Source of the DNA: Oscillospiraceae bacterium
GTDB taxonomy: Bacteria; Bacillota; Clostridia; Oscillospirales; Oscillospiraceae
Direction of reading: 5' to 3'
DNA length: 64,000 nt
NCBI GenBank assembly: GCA_017458085.1
Contig: JAFTGE010000012.1
Coordinates: 176 to 64,175, forward strand
A program made the translations under genes and the position numbers. Below the pieces are notes generated by a model. It made no database searches. It had not been told where the DNA came from and saw only the letters and a list, made by a program, of their open reading frames with translations. Of this stretch, positions 17,075-26,173 are shown one piece after another; the first letter of the stretch is position 1, and the number at the start of each line of letters is the position of its first letter.

Positions 17075-17958
17075 CCCTCCACGTCCTTTCCGAACCAGTC
17101 CTCCACCTTGAACAGCAGCGCGATCAGCACCACCATCACGATGGCCATGACCACCGCCGCGGCCGACAGCTTCTGATAGTCCAGCGAACGGAAGGTATTG
17201 TTCATAAAGTGCTGAAGCATGTACAGGCTCTCGTAAGGGTAATCCCCGGTGAGCAGATAGACCTCCCGGAAGACCTTGAAGGAGTTAATGAGCGAGAGGA
17301 TGGTGACAAAGAGCACCGTGGGCGAAAGATAGCGCAGCTTGATGGCGAAGAACTTATACAACTCCGACGCGCCCTCCACATCCGCCACCTCCAAGAGCTC
17401 CTTGGGGATGTTGGCCAGGCCCGCCATGAACAAAATCATGTTATAGCCCAGGTTCTTCCACAAAAACAGCAGCAGCACGACAACCATGCTGTGCTCGGAC
17501 TGGAGCCAGTCGACACGCTGGGCGCCAAAGAGCATGATAAACTCGTTGACGGTGCCGTTATAGTTAAACAGCACCTGCCAGATCAGCACCACCGATGCCA
17601 CCGGCACCATCATGGGGCTTAAAAAGAAGGTGCGGAACTGGCTCTTGCCCGGGATGCGGCATTCCAGCATCAGCGCCAGCACGATAGCCAGCACCACCGC
17701 CAGCGGCACCGCCATGGCGGAAAACTTGAGGGTATTGCCGGCGGCCATCTTAAAGGCGGAATTCTGGAACAGCCGCTTGAAATTATCCAGAAACACGAAG
17801 TTTTTCGACGTCACGCCGTCGATCATCGAGTAGTAGACCACCACGCCGAAGGGCAGGATGAAGAACAGCCCCACGCCCAGCAGACTCGGGGACAGGAAGC
17901 AGAGGCTGGTCAGAAAGTCCCTGCGTTTGATTTTTTGTTTCTCTTTGCGTCTGTCCAT
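17071..17958 (-). CDS. carbohydrate ABC transporter permease (MalF-like)
   Basis: Track ORF 17071-17988; ATG 17958 has a GGAAAGGGAAG SD, ATG 17988 has none; EAA-like LEVADVEGASELYKF. Confidence 0.85.
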   Translation of the reverse strand: MDRRKEKQKIKRRDFLTSLCFLSPSLLGVGLFFILPFGVVVYYSMIDGVTSKNFVFLDNFKRLFQNSAFKMAAGNTLKFSAMAVPLAVVLAIVLALMLECRIPGKSQFRTFFLSPMMVPVASVVLIWQVLFNYNGTVNEFIMLFGAQRVDWLQSEHSMVVVLLLFLWKNLGYNMILFMAGLANIPKELLEVADVEGASELYKFFAIKLRYLSPTVLFVTILSLINSFKVFREVYLLTGDYPYESLYMLQHFMNNTFRSLDYQKLSAAAVVMAIVMVVLIALLFKVEDWFGKDVEG

Positions 17959-18091
17959 GCGGCTTCCCTTTCCGGGTTCTTTCGACATAATTCGGTAGAC
18001 ATAATGATATTATACCATAAGTGCCTGTGCTCTGCAAGCGTTCCCCCCGGCGAAAAACATCACCGGGGGAAAATCATGGCTTTATGACCGC

Positions 18092-20527
18092 TCAGCGCTG
18101 CTCGTTGACGTAGATGTTGACCTTGCTCTGCACCAGGCGGGCAACCTCCTCGGCGGACTTCTGTCCGGCAAAGTAGGGCGCGGCCTGCTCAGAGACGATG
18201 TTCAAAATCTCCTGATTGTAGTCGGCCATCTTGGTGGTGGAGAGGATCAGGTCGCGGATCTGCTCAACCTGCTCGGGCTCGAGCGCGTAGATCTCCTTGA
18301 CCTTGTTCTCGGTGGAATCCCACATGCTGTAACGGGCGATGGGGATCTTCTCGCCCTCGTCGTCCAGCAGGAGCTTACCGTCGGGGTCCTTCTGATATTC
18401 CACGGTGGTGGCCTGCTCGGCCTTTTCATCAAAGACGTCCACACGGCTGGGCAGAGAATAGCCCTTGGACTGGTAATCCTTGGTGAAGTAATTGCGCAGG
18501 AATTCCCAAATCGCGTCCTTATAGGGGCTCTTGCTGCTCATACCGTAGCTGGAATCGGTAAGGCTGATCATATTGCCGGTGCCGTGCATGGTGGGGTAAC
18601 CGATATAGGTGACCTTGCCGCCCATGAACTGGGGGAAATTATTATAGAAGATATCCTCGATGCTGTAGGCCGAGGTCTGCACCAGCATCTGCTTGCCCTG
18701 AGCGAGGCGGTCCTCGGTGCTCTCGGCGGAGGACCAGTCAAAGTTTTCCCAGTCGAATTCCGCAGGGAAGGAATTGGCAAACTGCAAGAGCTTGACAAAC
18801 TGCTCGCCGTCGAAGCTGCACTTGCCGGTGGCCCAATCCACAAAGTCGTTCATGTCCAGGGCCAGGCAGGTCTGGAGGATGCCGTCACGGGTGGTGTACT
18901 GGTCAAAGGCGGTGCAGCCGTCGGGCATGGAAGCCAGCGCCGCGTTGAATTCGTCGTAGGTCCAGCCCGGCTCGTCGCCGACCACGGAGGCCGCGCCGAT
19001 GACGGAGTTGACCATGAAGCCGGAGACCGTGCGGCAGAGCTTGCCGTCGACCTCCATCGCGGAGAGGACATTGGGGAAGAAGTCGGAGCGGTTCAATGCC
19101 TTGTCCGCGTCGATGTAGGGGTACAGATCCTCCAAAATGCCCTTGGAGGCCAGCTGCGTGTAGTTCAGCCCGTCCAGGCAGAAGATGTCGGGGATATTGC
19201 CGGAGAGGATCTCGGTGTTGAGCTTGGTCTGGCCGGCGTCCCAGCCGTCGGAGTCGTTGTTGTACTCGGAGTAGTCGCTGACCTCGATGCGGTACTTGTC
19301 GTTGTGGCGGTTAAAATCAATGACCATTTCCTGCATGCGGTAGTCCGCATACAGAACCGCCATGGTGATGGTCTCCTTATGCGGCACAGAGTCATAAGGC
19401 ACCTTGCCGACCTGCACCAGCTCGTTGGTATAGGTCTGGTCGGAGTCGTTCCACTGACTGATCATGCCGGTGACGGTGCCGTCGGCGCTCACATCCAGGA
19501 CATTGACATTGTTGCCGTTGACGTCGCAACTGAGCCAGTTGAAGAGCTTTTCGGACTGGTCGGCGCCGAGCCGATAGCCGTAGAAGCCGGAGCCGTTGGT
19601 GTAAAACAGATCGTATTCGCCGTTGCCGGGAACCGCGCGGTAGGCGTCAAAGTTCACGGGCACGCCGTCCTTGAGGCGGCCGGTGTCGGGATCGAGGATG
19701 CAGAGCATCTGCTGTTCGCCGTAAACGACGGCACCGATGCGGCCGTCGCCCAGCCGGAAGATCCCGTCGATATAGTCTTGGGTTTCCACTGTGTAGGCGT
19801 CGGAGCCGTCGGGTGCGATGGCGCGCAGACCCATGCCGGTGGAGACGATGACGTTGCCCTTGTCGTCAAGCTGCATGCGGTAGGCTTCCAGCCAGCTGTC
19901 CTCGGGCACCTCGATGGGGGCGGTGGATCGCTCATTGCCGTTTTGATCGAACCAGCGGATGTAGTACTTCTGCTCATAGCGCTGATTGGCCCAGTAGTCC
20001 TCGGAGTAGAGTACGACGTTGCCGTCGCCCTCCTGCCAGGAGTTGTAGACCGACTCAATGGTCACAAAGCCGTCGTCGGTAAAGCGCAGACCGGCCAGGC
20101 CGCTGCCGGAGAAAAACTCCCGGCGGCCTTGCTCGTCGACCTCGGGAGGCATGGAGCTGTACCCCTCGACCTTGCTGACCTTGCCCTTGTTGTCACGGAA
20201 GTACAGGAAGGTGCCGAAGACGTCGAACTCGCCCTCGTAGCGGGGGGAGACATTCTCGTCATGTTCACGCTCGCCGATCTTCTCCTCGGTGGTGTAATAG
20301 ATGCCGTCTTCGGAATAGCTGACGACGTTGATGTAGTTCTTGCTCTTTTCCTGCAGGGGCAGGAAATTGGCCGCGTAGACGAATTCCGGCGTCGGCTCGT
20401 TGGACGCCTTGCCGGGCTTGGCCGCAGCCGTGCCGCCGCTGTTGTCGCCGCCCTTGCCGCAGGCGGTCAGCGCCAGCAGCATCACCGCCGCCAGCACCAG
20501 GCACAGTACGCGTTGGATCTTCTTCAT
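18092..20527 (-). CDS. large extracellular solute-binding lipoprotein (N-terminal ~340-aa beta-rich domain + family-1 SBP domain)
   Basis: Track ORF 18092-20545; ATG 20527 after GGAAGGAGAA; lipobox LALTAC; C-terminal half has the SBP_bac_1 pattern and ends ...AEEVARLVQSKVNIYVNE. Confidence 0.8.
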   Translation of the reverse strand: MKKIQRVLCLVLAAVMLLALTACGKGGDNSGGTAAAKPGKASNEPTPEFVYAANFLPLQEKSKNYINVVSYSEDGIYYTTEEKIGEREHDENVSPRYEGEFDVFGTFLYFRDNKGKVSKVEGYSSMPPEVDEQGRREFFSGSGLAGLRFTDDGFVTIESVYNSWQEGDGNVVLYSEDYWANQRYEQKYYIRWFDQNGNERSTAPIEVPEDSWLEAYRMQLDDKGNVIVSTGMGLRAIAPDGSDAYTVETQDYIDGIFRLGDGRIGAVVYGEQQMLCILDPDTGRLKDGVPVNFDAYRAVPGNGEYDLFYTNGSGFYGYRLGADQSEKLFNWLSCDVNGNNVNVLDVSADGTVTGMISQWNDSDQTYTNELVQVGKVPYDSVPHKETITMAVLYADYRMQEMVIDFNRHNDKYRIEVSDYSEYNNDSDGWDAGQTKLNTEILSGNIPDIFCLDGLNYTQLASKGILEDLYPYIDADKALNRSDFFPNVLSAMEVDGKLCRTVSGFMVNSVIGAASVVGDEPGWTYDEFNAALASMPDGCTAFDQYTTRDGILQTCLALDMNDFVDWATGKCSFDGEQFVKLLQFANSFPAEFDWENFDWSSAESTEDRLAQGKQMLVQTSAYSIEDIFYNNFPQFMGGKVTYIGYPTMHGTGNMISLTDSSYGMSSKSPYKDAIWEFLRNYFTKDYQSKGYSLPSRVDVFDEKAEQATTVEYQKDPDGKLLLDDEGEKIPIARYSMWDSTENKVKEIYALEPEQVEQIRDLILSTTKMADYNQEILNIVSEQAAPYFAGQKSAEEVARLVQSKVNIYVNEQR

Positions 20528-20645
20528 TGGGAATTCTCCTTCCATATGTTCACCGCGTCGGGGCGCGGTATGTTTCCACGGCTGTCATTATAGCATAGCT
20601 TATTCCCGAAGTGTCTTAAGCTTTCTTAAATCCGCGCAAAACCGT

Positions 20646-20674
20646 TTGTCAGGTGCTTTTTTCCATGCTACAAT
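20646..20674 (+). promoter_or_regulatory. putative promoter of two-component operon 1
   Basis: TTGTCA (20646-20651), 17-nt spacer, TACAAT (20669-20674). Confidence 0.55.
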
Positions 20675-20708
20675 AAGCACAAATCACTTGAATGAAAGGG
20701 AAACCGTC

Positions 20709-21398
20709 ATGGAAAACCGCTCCCGAATTCTTATCGTCGACGACGATCCCGATATCCGCAACGTCCTGTATTACCTCCTGCGCGACCGCTATGCCGTCAG
20801 CCTGGCCGCGGACGGGCCAGACGCCCTGCGCAGGCTTCAGGCTGAGCCGGACACGGACCTTGTGGTGCTGGACGTGATGATGCCCGGCATGGACGGCTAC
20901 GAGACCTGCGAGGGGATCCGCGCGCGCTCGAATGTTCCCATTCTCTTTCTGACCGCCAAGTCCGCCGAGGCCGACCGCGTCGCCGCCTATTCCAGCGGCG
21001 GGGACGATTTCCTCTCCAAGCCCTTCTCCCAGGGGGAGTTCCTGGCCAAGGTGCAGTCCCTGCTGCGTCGGTATAAGGAGTACCGCGGCAAGCCCGCGGC
21101 GGCCCTGGTGCTGGACAATCTGGAGGTCGATCTTGCCGCGCGCAGCGTAAAAAATGCCGGGCGCGACGTGGTGCTGACCGACACGGAGTATGCCATCCTG
21201 GAGTACCTGATCCAAATGCGGGGCAGCACCGTCACGGCCGCCCAGATCTACGAGGCGGTCTGGAAGGAGAAATTTCTCCCCGGCTCCGGGAACACCGTCA
21301 TGGTGCATGTGCTGAACCTGCGGCGCAAGATTGAGGCCAACCCCTCCGCGCCGAAAATCATCCGCACCGTCTGGGGAAAGGGCTACCAAATTGATTAA
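20709..21398 (+). CDS. OmpR-family response regulator
   Basis: Track ORF 20400-21398; ATG 20709 gives MENRSRILIVDDDPDIRN...; receiver DD..D..MPGMDG plus winged-helix ...IRTVWGKGYQI. Confidence 0.9.
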   Translation: MENRSRILIVDDDPDIRNVLYYLLRDRYAVSLAADGPDALRRLQAEPDTDLVVLDVMMPGMDGYETCEGIRARSNVPILFLTAKSAEADRVAAYSSGGDDFLSKPFSQGEFLAKVQSLLRRYKEYRGKPAAALVLDNLEVDLAARSVKNAGRDVVLTDTEYAILEYLIQMRGSTVTAAQIYEAVWKEKFLPGSGNTVMVHVLNLRRKIEANPSAPKIIRTVWGKGYQID

Positions 21399-22725
21399 AG
21401 CAAAGCTTCAGAGCATTCGCCTGTCCCGCTCTCTGCGGGCGAAGCTCCTGTATGTAAGCCTCCTGGGGCTGGCACTGGGGGCGCTGATCTTTTTCGCGCT
21501 CAGCCGCGTCGGTCTGAGCGCGGTCAACACGCTGTACATGAGCGACGAGAACGTCAGCCGCCGCAAGGCGCGGATCTATATGGACTTCTCCTCCTACGTT
21601 TCCGCCAACAACGTCACCGGGCGCGACGTAGCTGCCGTGGCCCGCTGGACGGCGACGCACGACTATGTGACCATCTACCTCTTCGGCACCGGGCGGGAGC
21701 AGCAGCTCTACGGCGGGGGCGAGGTGCAGCCGGGCAGCGCCCATCCCAGCTATGACCCCACGCTGCACGGCAAGCTCTACCCCATCCGCTTTGCCGACGG
21801 CCTGTATCAGATCGCCATTGACGACAATTCCCAGCTCCGCCAGCGGCAGCTGGTTTACGCCGGGGCCTTCTTCGTGGCCTGCCTGTGCTTCCTGATCCTG
21901 CATACCTGGTACACCGGGCGCCTGGCCCGGCGGATCATTGACCTGTCGCACGAGGCCGCCAAGGTCAGCGCCGGGGATCTGGACAGATCCATCGCCGCCA
22001 AGGGCGCCGACGAGATCGGCGCGCTGGCCGCCTCCATGGACGAGATGCGCCGCGCCGTCATCGAGCGCATGGGCAACGAAACCCGCGCCTGGCAGGCCAA
22101 CGCCGAGCTCATTACCGCCGTCTCCCACGATATCCGCACACCCATGACCTCCCTCATCGGTTATCTGGGGCTTTTGTGCGACAGCGATTTTGCCGACACC
22201 GATTCGAGCCGCCAGTTTGCCGCCTCCGCCTACGGCAAGGCCATGGAGCTCAAGGATCTGACGGACCAGTTGTTCCGCTACTTTTTGGTATACGGCCAGA
22301 AGGAGCTGGCGCTGAACCGGGAGCGTCTGGACGCGCGGTCGCTGCTGGAGCAGCTGCTGGGTGAGGCGGAGTTTGATTTAAACGACGCGGGCTTCACGGT
22401 GCGCCGCATCGACTTTAAAGGCGACTGCGTCCTGGATGTTGATCCCCTCTACCTCAAGCGGGTGCTGGACAATCTGGTCTCCAACGTCAAGAAATACTCC
22501 GACCCGGCCCAGCCCGTGGTCATGCTCTCGGAGCACACCGCGGACACCCTGTCTTTGACGGTATCCAACGCGGTCTCCCAAAACCGGGAGCGCAAAGAGA
22601 GCACCAAAATCGGCCTGCGCACCTGTGAAAAGATCCTCACCGCCATGGGCGGCAGCTTTACCACACACGCAGATCCCGAACACTTTGCCGCGGAGCTGAC
22701 GCTGCCGACGGTTCCATCCGCCTGA
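21391..22725 (+). CDS. sensor histidine kinase (2 TM, HAMP, HisKA, HATPase_c)
   Basis: H-box SHDIRTPMTSLIGYL; TTG 21391 overlaps the RR stop (start uncertain; track ORF opens at 21331). Confidence 0.85.
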   Translation: MIKAKLQSIRLSRSLRAKLLYVSLLGLALGALIFFALSRVGLSAVNTLYMSDENVSRRKARIYMDFSSYVSANNVTGRDVAAVARWTATHDYVTIYLFGTGREQQLYGGGEVQPGSAHPSYDPTLHGKLYPIRFADGLYQIAIDDNSQLRQRQLVYAGAFFVACLCFLILHTWYTGRLARRIIDLSHEAAKVSAGDLDRSIAAKGADEIGALAASMDEMRRAVIERMGNETRAWQANAELITAVSHDIRTPMTSLIGYLGLLCDSDFADTDSSRQFAASAYGKAMELKDLTDQLFRYFLVYGQKELALNRERLDARSLLEQLLGEAEFDLNDAGFTVRRIDFKGDCVLDVDPLYLKRVLDNLVSNVKKYSDPAQPVVMLSEHTADTLSLTVSNAVSQNRERKESTKIGLRTCEKILTAMGGSFTTHADPEHFAAELTLPTVPSA

Positions 22726-22730
22726 ACGGG

Positions 22731-22775
22731 AAAAAGACAGGGCGTGCTGCATCAAGCAGCACGCCCTGTCTTTTT
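22731..22775. terminator. bidirectional intrinsic terminator
   Basis: 20-bp perfect arms AAAAAGACAGGGCGTGCTGC / GCAGCACGCCCTGTCTTTTT, loop ATCAA; A-run and T-run are part of the arms; between convergent genes. Confidence 0.85.
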
Positions 22776-24054
22776 ATTGCGCCTCACGCGCCCGCTTCAT
22801 CAGCCGGAGCACCGGGACAAAGCACAGCAGCAGGACCACCGCCGCGGCAAGGTAGATGCCCGGCGTCGGCACGGTCTTGACCTGGCCGAGGTCGATGTAG
22901 GTGCTGTCGCTGTTTTTGATGACCGCCGCGCCGATCCACGGCCCGATGATCATCGGCAGCAGCACCGCGAAGATCATGCGGATGCCCTGGAAATGGCCTA
23001 CCCGTTCGGCGGGCGTCCAGTCACGGATATTCGCGCCGAGCGCGGCGGACATCATCATGTACCCGCTCATCATCACCGTCCCGGCCACCATGACCCCGGC
23101 GCTTTGGCGCACAAAGTACATGCCCACAAGCCCCAGAAGCATCACCGCCGCCGCGGGGAAGACGAAGCGGAGCTTGCCGAAGCGGTCGATGAAGCGGCCG
23201 GACACCACACTCACCAGCGACGCGAGGATCAGCACCACCCCCAGGACGATCGCGTAATCCGTGATGCCGAGGAAGTTTTGAATGTAGATGATCAGATAGG
23301 GGAAGAACACCTGCACCGCCACGGAAAACAGGCAGAAGGCTGCAAAGGAGAGGTACAGCTCCGGGTTTTCGCGCACCACGTCGGGCCGCAGGCCGTAGAG
23401 CAGGTTTTTAAAATACCCGTCGCCGGCGGTCTTGACCGCCTCGTCCTTCACCAGAAGCACCGCGATCACACCGACCGCGCTCACCGCGAGGCCGAAGATG
23501 CCGAAAAATTCCTTCCACCGCCCCTGCTGGGTCAGGCCGTCAAAGAGGCCGAAGATGATGAGCATGGAGATCAGCGGCAGAATGGCCAGCACGCTCTCGG
23601 CCCGGCCGCGGTTTGTCTCGTCGGTGATATCGGTGACATAGGCGTTGAAGGCCGCGTCATTGGCGGTGGAGCCGAAGAAGGTCATGACGCAGTCCATGAT
23701 CACCACCAGCGTGGCGGCGGCCGCGGAAGAACTTACCCCCGGGAGCAGCCGCGCGGCGTTCTCCGGCGTAATGAAGCCGAAGGCCGCCGTGGACAGGCCC
23801 CACAACACATAGCCCAGGCAGATAAAAGCTTTGCGCTTGCCCAGCTTGTCCGACAGCGCGCCCATCAGCAGCGTCGTGGCCGTGGCCGCCGCGGCGCTCC
23901 AGCCCACCATGGCCGCGATGTATTTCGGGTCGGTGGAGATGGTGTTATACAAAAACACGTTGAAGTACATGTTCTCGATCGTCCAGGCAAACTGCCCGAA
24001 CAGGCCGATCAAAATCAGCACCAGCCATTTTCTGGCCCCCAGCTTTGTCGTCAT
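22774..24054 (-). CDS. MFS transporter
   Basis: Track ORF 22774-24072; ATG 24054 after GAAAGGAGA; 12-TM profile, ...GALSDKLGKRKAF... loop 2-3 motif. Confidence 0.85.
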   Translation of the reverse strand: MTTKLGARKWLVLILIGLFGQFAWTIENMYFNVFLYNTISTDPKYIAAMVGWSAAAATATTLLMGALSDKLGKRKAFICLGYVLWGLSTAAFGFITPENAARLLPGVSSSAAAATLVVIMDCVMTFFGSTANDAAFNAYVTDITDETNRGRAESVLAILPLISMLIIFGLFDGLTQQGRWKEFFGIFGLAVSAVGVIAVLLVKDEAVKTAGDGYFKNLLYGLRPDVVRENPELYLSFAAFCLFSVAVQVFFPYLIIYIQNFLGITDYAIVLGVVLILASLVSVVSGRFIDRFGKLRFVFPAAAVMLLGLVGMYFVRQSAGVMVAGTVMMSGYMMMSAALGANIRDWTPAERVGHFQGIRMIFAVLLPMIIGPWIGAAVIKNSDSTYIDLGQVKTVPTPGIYLAAAVVLLLCFVPVLRLMKRAREAQ

Positions 24055-24114
24055 CTCTCTGTCTCCTTTCAAGGCTCCCCTGTAAGGGCATTGCGCCCTT
24101 CACTTGTGGAGCGG

Positions 24115-25326
24115 TCACGCCCCCACGATGCCGAGGATCACCTGGACCGCCTGATCCATATGCTCGACCGTGATGTGCTCATACGGCCCGTGGAAGGCTG
24201 CGCCGCCTGTGCCCAGATTCGGGCAGGGCAGGCCGCGGAAGGAAAGCTGCGCCCCGTCGGTGCCGCCGCGGATGGGCCGGACCACGGGCTCCAGGCCCGC
24301 TTTTTCGATGGCGGCCTTCGCCCGATCTACGATTTCCATGTGGCCGCCAATGATTTCGGCCATGTTGCGGTACTGCTCGGTGAGGGTGAGGGCGACGGTG
24401 CCCGCGCCGTATTTTTCGTTCATCGCGCGCTCAATATCGCGCAGCGTGTCGCAGCGGGCCTGGAAGCGCCCGGCGTCATGGTCGCGCACAATGTATTTCA
24501 GCTCCGCCTCGCTGACCGAGCCGGACATGTCCGTCAGGTGGAAAAAGCCCGCGTAGCCCTCGGTCCTGGCCGGGATCTCCTCCGGCGGCAGCAGGGCGTT
24601 GATCTCCATGGCGACGAGGCTTGCGTTGACCATGATGTCCTTGGCGCTGCCCGGGTGGACATTGACACCCTTGACCGCAAAGCGTGCGCCGGCGGCGTTG
24701 AAGGTCTCAAAGTTGATTTCCTCCACCGCGTCGCCGTCGACGGTGTAGGCAAAGTCCGCGCCGAAGCGCTCGATGTCCAGCAGGGCCGCCCCGTGGCCGA
24801 TCTCCTCGTCCGGGGGGAAGCAGACGGCAATGCCGCCGTGGGGCGCGCCGCTTCGGATCAGTTCTTCGCACGCGGTCAGGATCTCCGCCACGCCCGCCTT
24901 GTCGTCGGCCCCCAGAAGGGTGGTGCCGTCGGTGGTGATGAGCGTCTGGCCCACGCAGTCTGAAAGATCGGGAAACTGCACGGGACTCAGCACCCGGCCG
25001 CTCTCGCCCAGAACCACATCGCCTCCGTCATAGTCCGGGTGCAGCACGGGCTTGACGCCGGTGCCGCTAAAGTCCGGGGCCGTGTCGATGTGGGCGATCA
25101 GACCGATCACCGGCTTGTCCTCCATCCCCGGTGTCGCCGGGAGATAGCCGTAGGTGTAGGCGTGCTCATCGCTGTACACGCGCTCCAGCCCCAGCGCCTC
25201 CATCTCCTCTGTCAGCAGCCTCACCAGGTCAAACTGCTTTTTTGTGCTGGGGGTCACATCTGCGCTGTCCTCGTTGCTCTGGGTATCCACCGCCGCATAG
25301 CGCAGCAGCCGTTCGTATGCTTTCAT
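24115..25326 (-). CDS. pepT: peptidase T (tripeptide aminopeptidase, M20B)
   Basis: MKAYERLLRYAAVDTQS..., IGLIAHIDTAPDFSG, GGTDGAQLSFRGLPCPNLGTGG..FHGPYE; ATG 25326 is better spaced from AGAGG than TTG 25332. Confidence 0.9.
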   Translation of the reverse strand: MKAYERLLRYAAVDTQSNEDSADVTPSTKKQFDLVRLLTEEMEALGLERVYSDEHAYTYGYLPATPGMEDKPVIGLIAHIDTAPDFSGTGVKPVLHPDYDGGDVVLGESGRVLSPVQFPDLSDCVGQTLITTDGTTLLGADDKAGVAEILTACEELIRSGAPHGGIAVCFPPDEEIGHGAALLDIERFGADFAYTVDGDAVEEINFETFNAAGARFAVKGVNVHPGSAKDIMVNASLVAMEINALLPPEEIPARTEGYAGFFHLTDMSGSVSEAELKYIVRDHDAGRFQARCDTLRDIERAMNEKYGAGTVALTLTEQYRNMAEIIGGHMEIVDRAKAAIEKAGLEPVVRPIRGGTDGAQLSFRGLPCPNLGTGGAAFHGPYEHITVEHMDQAVQVILGIVGA

Positions 25327-25349
25327 TTCCAATAACCTCTTTTCTTAAT

Positions 25350-25426
25350 TGAAGTGCGGAGATGTGGAGCGCCTCCGGCGCGATGAAAGCGGATACCATA
25401 ACTCCACTCTTCAAACTCCACACTCT
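25350..25426. repeat. nested GTGGAG/CTCCAC palindromic intercistronic element, copy Y
   Basis: Same block order as 16097-16196 with a shorter central part; ends 4 nt before the stop codon of the upstream (ylmH-like) gene. Confidence 0.8.
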
Positions 25427-25429
25427 ACT

Positions 25430-26173
25430 CTATAAAAAGATTTCCGTCGTCACAAAGAGCCTGCCCTTGCGGGAGTTCCCGCCCAGCTCGGTCAGCCTGC
25501 CTTTCCCCGCGCCGCGCAGGGAAAGAATATCCCCCTCCTTGATGGGCGCGTCGGTTTTCAGGCATTCGGTATAATTCAGGCTCACGTTCCCGGCAGCGAT
25601 CTGCCGGGCCGCCTCCGTGCGCGACAGGCGGAACATGCCCGCGCACACCGCGTCCAGCCGCAGGCTCATCACCGTAAAGCTGCGCGCCTCCACCTTCCGC
25701 GGCTTCTGTGCAATCGCGTCCAGCGGCACCTGCTCGGCCTTGACGCCGTAACGCCCCACCTTCTCGATGCTCAGCAGATGGCGCAGGACGCTCGGTTGAC
25801 ATAACACATATGCCGCGGGGCCGTCCACCAAGATGTCCCCGACCCACTCGCGCCCGACGCCCATGCCGAGGATGGCGCCCATATAGTCGCGGTGTCCCGG
25901 CTCGCCGAAGGCGGCGGTCAGCTTGATGGCACAGATATGCTCGGCCTCGTCGAATTCGTCTTCCTCCATATACTCCGGCAGGAAAAAGGCCATGGTGCGC
26001 TCGGCATCGGCATGGCCGCCGCGAAACAGCATCCGTGAGGCGCGCAGATTGACGTCGTGCTCCAGGGCATAGCGCTCCGCCGGGGAGAGAAAGCCGCTGT
26101 TGGTCAGGCAGTATTTCTGCTCGCAGCGCCGGGCCAGATCCTCGCCCCGCTTTAACAGTTCATTGTTTTCCAT
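25430..26173 (-). CDS. YlmH-like RNA-binding protein with C-terminal S4 domain
   Basis: 247 aa; ...GEPGHRDYMGAILGMGVGREWVGDI... middle domain and an S4-like end (LRLDAVCAGMFRLSRTEAARQIAAGNVSLNY...IKEGDILSLRGAGKG); its ATG lies inside the last 14 nt of the upstream gene. Confidence 0.8.
   Translation of the reverse strand: MENNELLKRGEDLARRCEQKYCLTNSGFLSPAERYALEHDVNLRASRMLFRGGHADAERTMAFFLPEYMEEDEFDEAEHICAIKLTAAFGEPGHRDYMGAILGMGVGREWVGDILVDGPAAYVLCQPSVLRHLLSIEKVGRYGVKAEQVPLDAIAQKPRKVEARSFTVMSLRLDAVCAGMFRLSRTEAARQIAAGNVSLNYTECLKTDAPIKEGDILSLRGAGKGRLTELGGNSRKGRLFVTTEIFL

Noticed and set aside
24090-24112. TGTGGAGCGG near the pepT stop as a third copy of the GTGGAG/CTCCAC element
   Set aside because: Only one 9-nt block matches, without the paired CTCCAC blocks, and it abuts the pepT stop codon. 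It is probably chance.
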